DNA of 6,236 nucleotides from a virus. The position numbers and the translations under genes are program-made. The DNA lies in IMG/VR virus record IMGVR_UViG_3300045988_008288, positions 1 to 6,236 of that record; one strand, given 5' to 3'. This document shows positions 4,706-6,236 of this stretch, piece after piece (the first letter of the stretch is position 1; every line of letters starts with the position of its first letter). Below the pieces are notes generated by a model, which was given only the letters and a program-made list of their open reading frames with translations, had not been told where the DNA came from and did not search any database.

Positions 4706-5187
4706 TACTCAGAGGAAGCAGATTCAGCGGAAGCAGCAGCCGCTTTTTCTGCTTCTTGTCTAGCATTTTCAACATCAATCAATTCTTGAGCCCGGGACTC
4801 AAGATTTTCAGCATAAGCCGACAACTCTTTAGACCAAGCAATAATTTCAGAGGGAGCTTGAACATGCCGGGAGCGAACCGTTGCCAAAAGGTCATCATCA
4901 GACATGTTATCCATAATCTGCTGAATCTGAGAAGCAGACTGTTTACTTTGACCAAACTTAGAAGCAATAGCAAGACCAGCACGGGAAGTCAAGTCCTTGG
5001 TGTGAAGAATCAAACGAACATCAGAGGTATAGCGAACCGGACGAGTTTCATCAGTATCATCAACCTCTACACGAAGTTCTTCAGTACAATCAAACTCAGG
5101 AGCAACTGCAAAAGCATCAGGCTCAACATTAGGAGTAAGTCCAGAACCTTGTTCCAGACATTCCAAAGAATTAAATTTTCCTATCAT
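4705..5187 (-). CDS. Hypothetical acidic protein, possible internal scaffolding protein (VP3-like), 160 aa from the ATG
   Basis: The ORF track starts this ORF at a TTG (5193). The first ATG is at 5187..5185 (MIGKFNSLE...). TAA is at 4707..4705, overlapping the VP2 ATG by 1 nt. The protein is strongly D/E-rich (EVDDTDE, MSDDD) with an Ala/Glu-rich helical C-terminus. Its position between the capsid and pilot genes and its size and charge are consistent with a scaffold. I recognise no diagnostic motif. Confidence 0.6.
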   Translation of the reverse strand: MIGKFNSLECLEQGSGLTPNVEPDAFAVAPEFDCTEELRVEVDDTDETRPVRYTSDVRLILHTKDLTSRAGLAIASKFGQSKQSASQIQQIMDNMSDDDLLATVRSRHVQAPSEIIAWSKELSAYAENLESRAQELIDVENARQEAEKAAAASAESASSE

Positions 5188-5201
5188 AATCAAAATAAAA
5201 A

Positions 5202-6236
5202 TTAATAAGGTACACCATCACGAGACAAATTACGGGCAACATAACAACCGATATAAGAATTAATCAACAACTGGTCAGTATCCCAAGTAGAATCAGCAGC
5301 AACACCGAAGATAGGATCAAGGACAGAAGGATTAACCTTAAAGAACTTATAGTTCAAGACAACCTTAGTATTCTTGTCAACATCGCCTTCATTATAGCCA
5401 AAGCCAAACCAACCAGAAAGAAGAGATTCAGTAACAGGCGAAACCCAAGACTTAAGAGTAGTGGTAAATGCACCGTTAACAACATCAAGCTTAGTTTTCC
5501 AATTGAAATAACGAGGATTATATCCAGCGTTAAACAAATTAGCAATAGAAGCTCTTGGAGAATTAAGAATCTGTGTCATAGGAAGAACTTCCATACCAAT
5601 ATTATCAAATTCCGGGATAGGAAGGGATTCAGCATCAGTCACAAGAAGTTGACCGTCTTGACCAGTAATCGTATAATCAAGCAAAGGCACGGCATGGTAA
5701 ATACACATAACAACACAATGTTCGTCAGTAGTATAAGTAAATGAACCATTGCCAGCACCGACTCCTTTACCAGCAATAACAGCAACATTATCTTCGGAAG
5801 CAAGGTTATTATTGACAACCTCACTGATATCAAGGTTACGAGAGATACCACCGATATAGGTACACATATTAGAAAGAGCTTGAGGCAAGTTCACACCAAA
5901 ATGTTTGCGTATCTGTTCACGGTAGTCACTATCACCAGACTGACTGATTTCTTTCCAACGCTGAAGAGCTTCGGCCTGACGAAGAGCGAGAACCGTAAAT
6001 TGAGACTGTAAAGTAGACAAATCAACACGAAGAGTTGATGCAAAAGGAACAGTATTAGAGGCAGAGGCTTGCAAAGCAAAGAAAGGAACTGGAGCAGAAT
6101 TAGAAGTAATAGCAGAAGCAACACCAACAGTACTCTTTTTATCATCAGGACCTAAAACAACATTAGAAGCGCCAGAATTAGAAATGTCCAAAACAGCAAC
6201 ATCACCAAATTGAGAGTTCGGGAGAACACCCATCAA
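5202..6236 (-). CDS. Major capsid protein VP1/F, C-terminal part (aa 273-616 of the circularised ORF)
   Basis: The ORF is open to the window end and stops at TAA 5204..5202. The leading 'M' in the track is really Leu (TTG at 6236..6234) inside the protein. Bases 6182-6236 duplicate 1-55 in the same frame. The unique coding length is therefore 871 + 980 = 1851 nt, or 616 aa plus stop. Confidence 0.93.
   Translation of the reverse strand: MMGVLPNSQFGDVAVLDISNSGASNVVLGPDDKKSTVGVASAITSNSAPVPFFALQASASNTVPFASTLRVDLSTLQSQFTVLALRQAEALQRWKEISQSGDSDYREQIRKHFGVNLPQALSNMCTYIGGISRNLDISEVVNNNLASEDNVAVIAGKGVGAGNGSFTYTTDEHCVVMCIYHAVPLLDYTITGQDGQLLVTDAESLPIPEFDNIGMEVLPMTQILNSPRASIANLFNAGYNPRYFNWKTKLDVVNGAFTTTLKSWVSPVTESLLSGWFGFGYNEGDVDKNTKVVLNYKFFKVNPSVLDPIFGVAADSTWDTDQLLINSYIGCYVARNLSRDGVPY
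6182..6236. repeat. Terminal direct repeat, copy 2 (circular-assembly overlap)
   Basis: This is an exact 55/55 match to 1-55. It lies inside the capsid ORF and preserves its reading frame. Confidence 0.97.

Noticed and set aside
4639-5205. 188-aa plus-strand ORF spanning the whole acidic-protein gene
   Set aside because: It starts at GTG and is antisense to a gene that is coupled to VP2. The product is low-complexity (S/R/N/K-rich). No other gene lies on the plus strand, and microviruses express from one strand only.
5891-6145. Leu-rich alternative-frame minus ORFs inside VP1, Rep and the acidic gene (598-816, 2232-2543, 4779-4982, 5354-5545, 5639-5851, 5891-6145)
   Set aside because: They are poly-Leu/Phe/Ile products typical of off-frame translation of a T-rich coding strand. 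There is no independent support for them.

Overview
This window is one complete, circularly permuted Microviridae (small ssDNA phage) genome. Bases 1-55 are identical to 6182-6236, so the unit length is 6181 nt and the extra 55 nt is an assembly overlap. Every well-supported gene is on the minus strand, so the window shows the complement of the coding/viral strand. In transcription order: (1) major capsid protein VP1/F, split by the window ends (871..1 joined to 6181..5202, 616 aa); (2) an acidic ~160-aa protein, possibly a scaffold; (3) a 353-aa VP2/H-type pilot protein; (4) an intrinsic terminator; (5) about 480 nt with no convincing ORF (3166-3643), holding a hairpin-dense block and an AT-rich tract with a Bacteroides-type promoter match; (6) two tiny ORFs, one 58 aa, acidic and Cys-containing, one 30 aa with a single TM helix; (7) a 102-aa M15-type zinc peptidase (SxHxxGxAxD...H); (8) a 570-aa HUH rolling-circle Rep (VP4/A-like). 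I saw no tRNA, rRNA, CRISPR array, integrase or transposase. Three things are most worth following up. First, the hairpin-dense non-coding block at about 3290-3625 is large for such a compact genome. Second, the TM-peptide plus M15 peptidase module looks like a holin/endolysin-style lysis cassette, in a family classically described as using single-gene lysis. Third, the expression signals are Bacteroidetes-style (no Shine-Dalgarno, TTTG/TAnnTTTG), which suggests a host. All homology statements come from motif recognition by eye, not from database searches.
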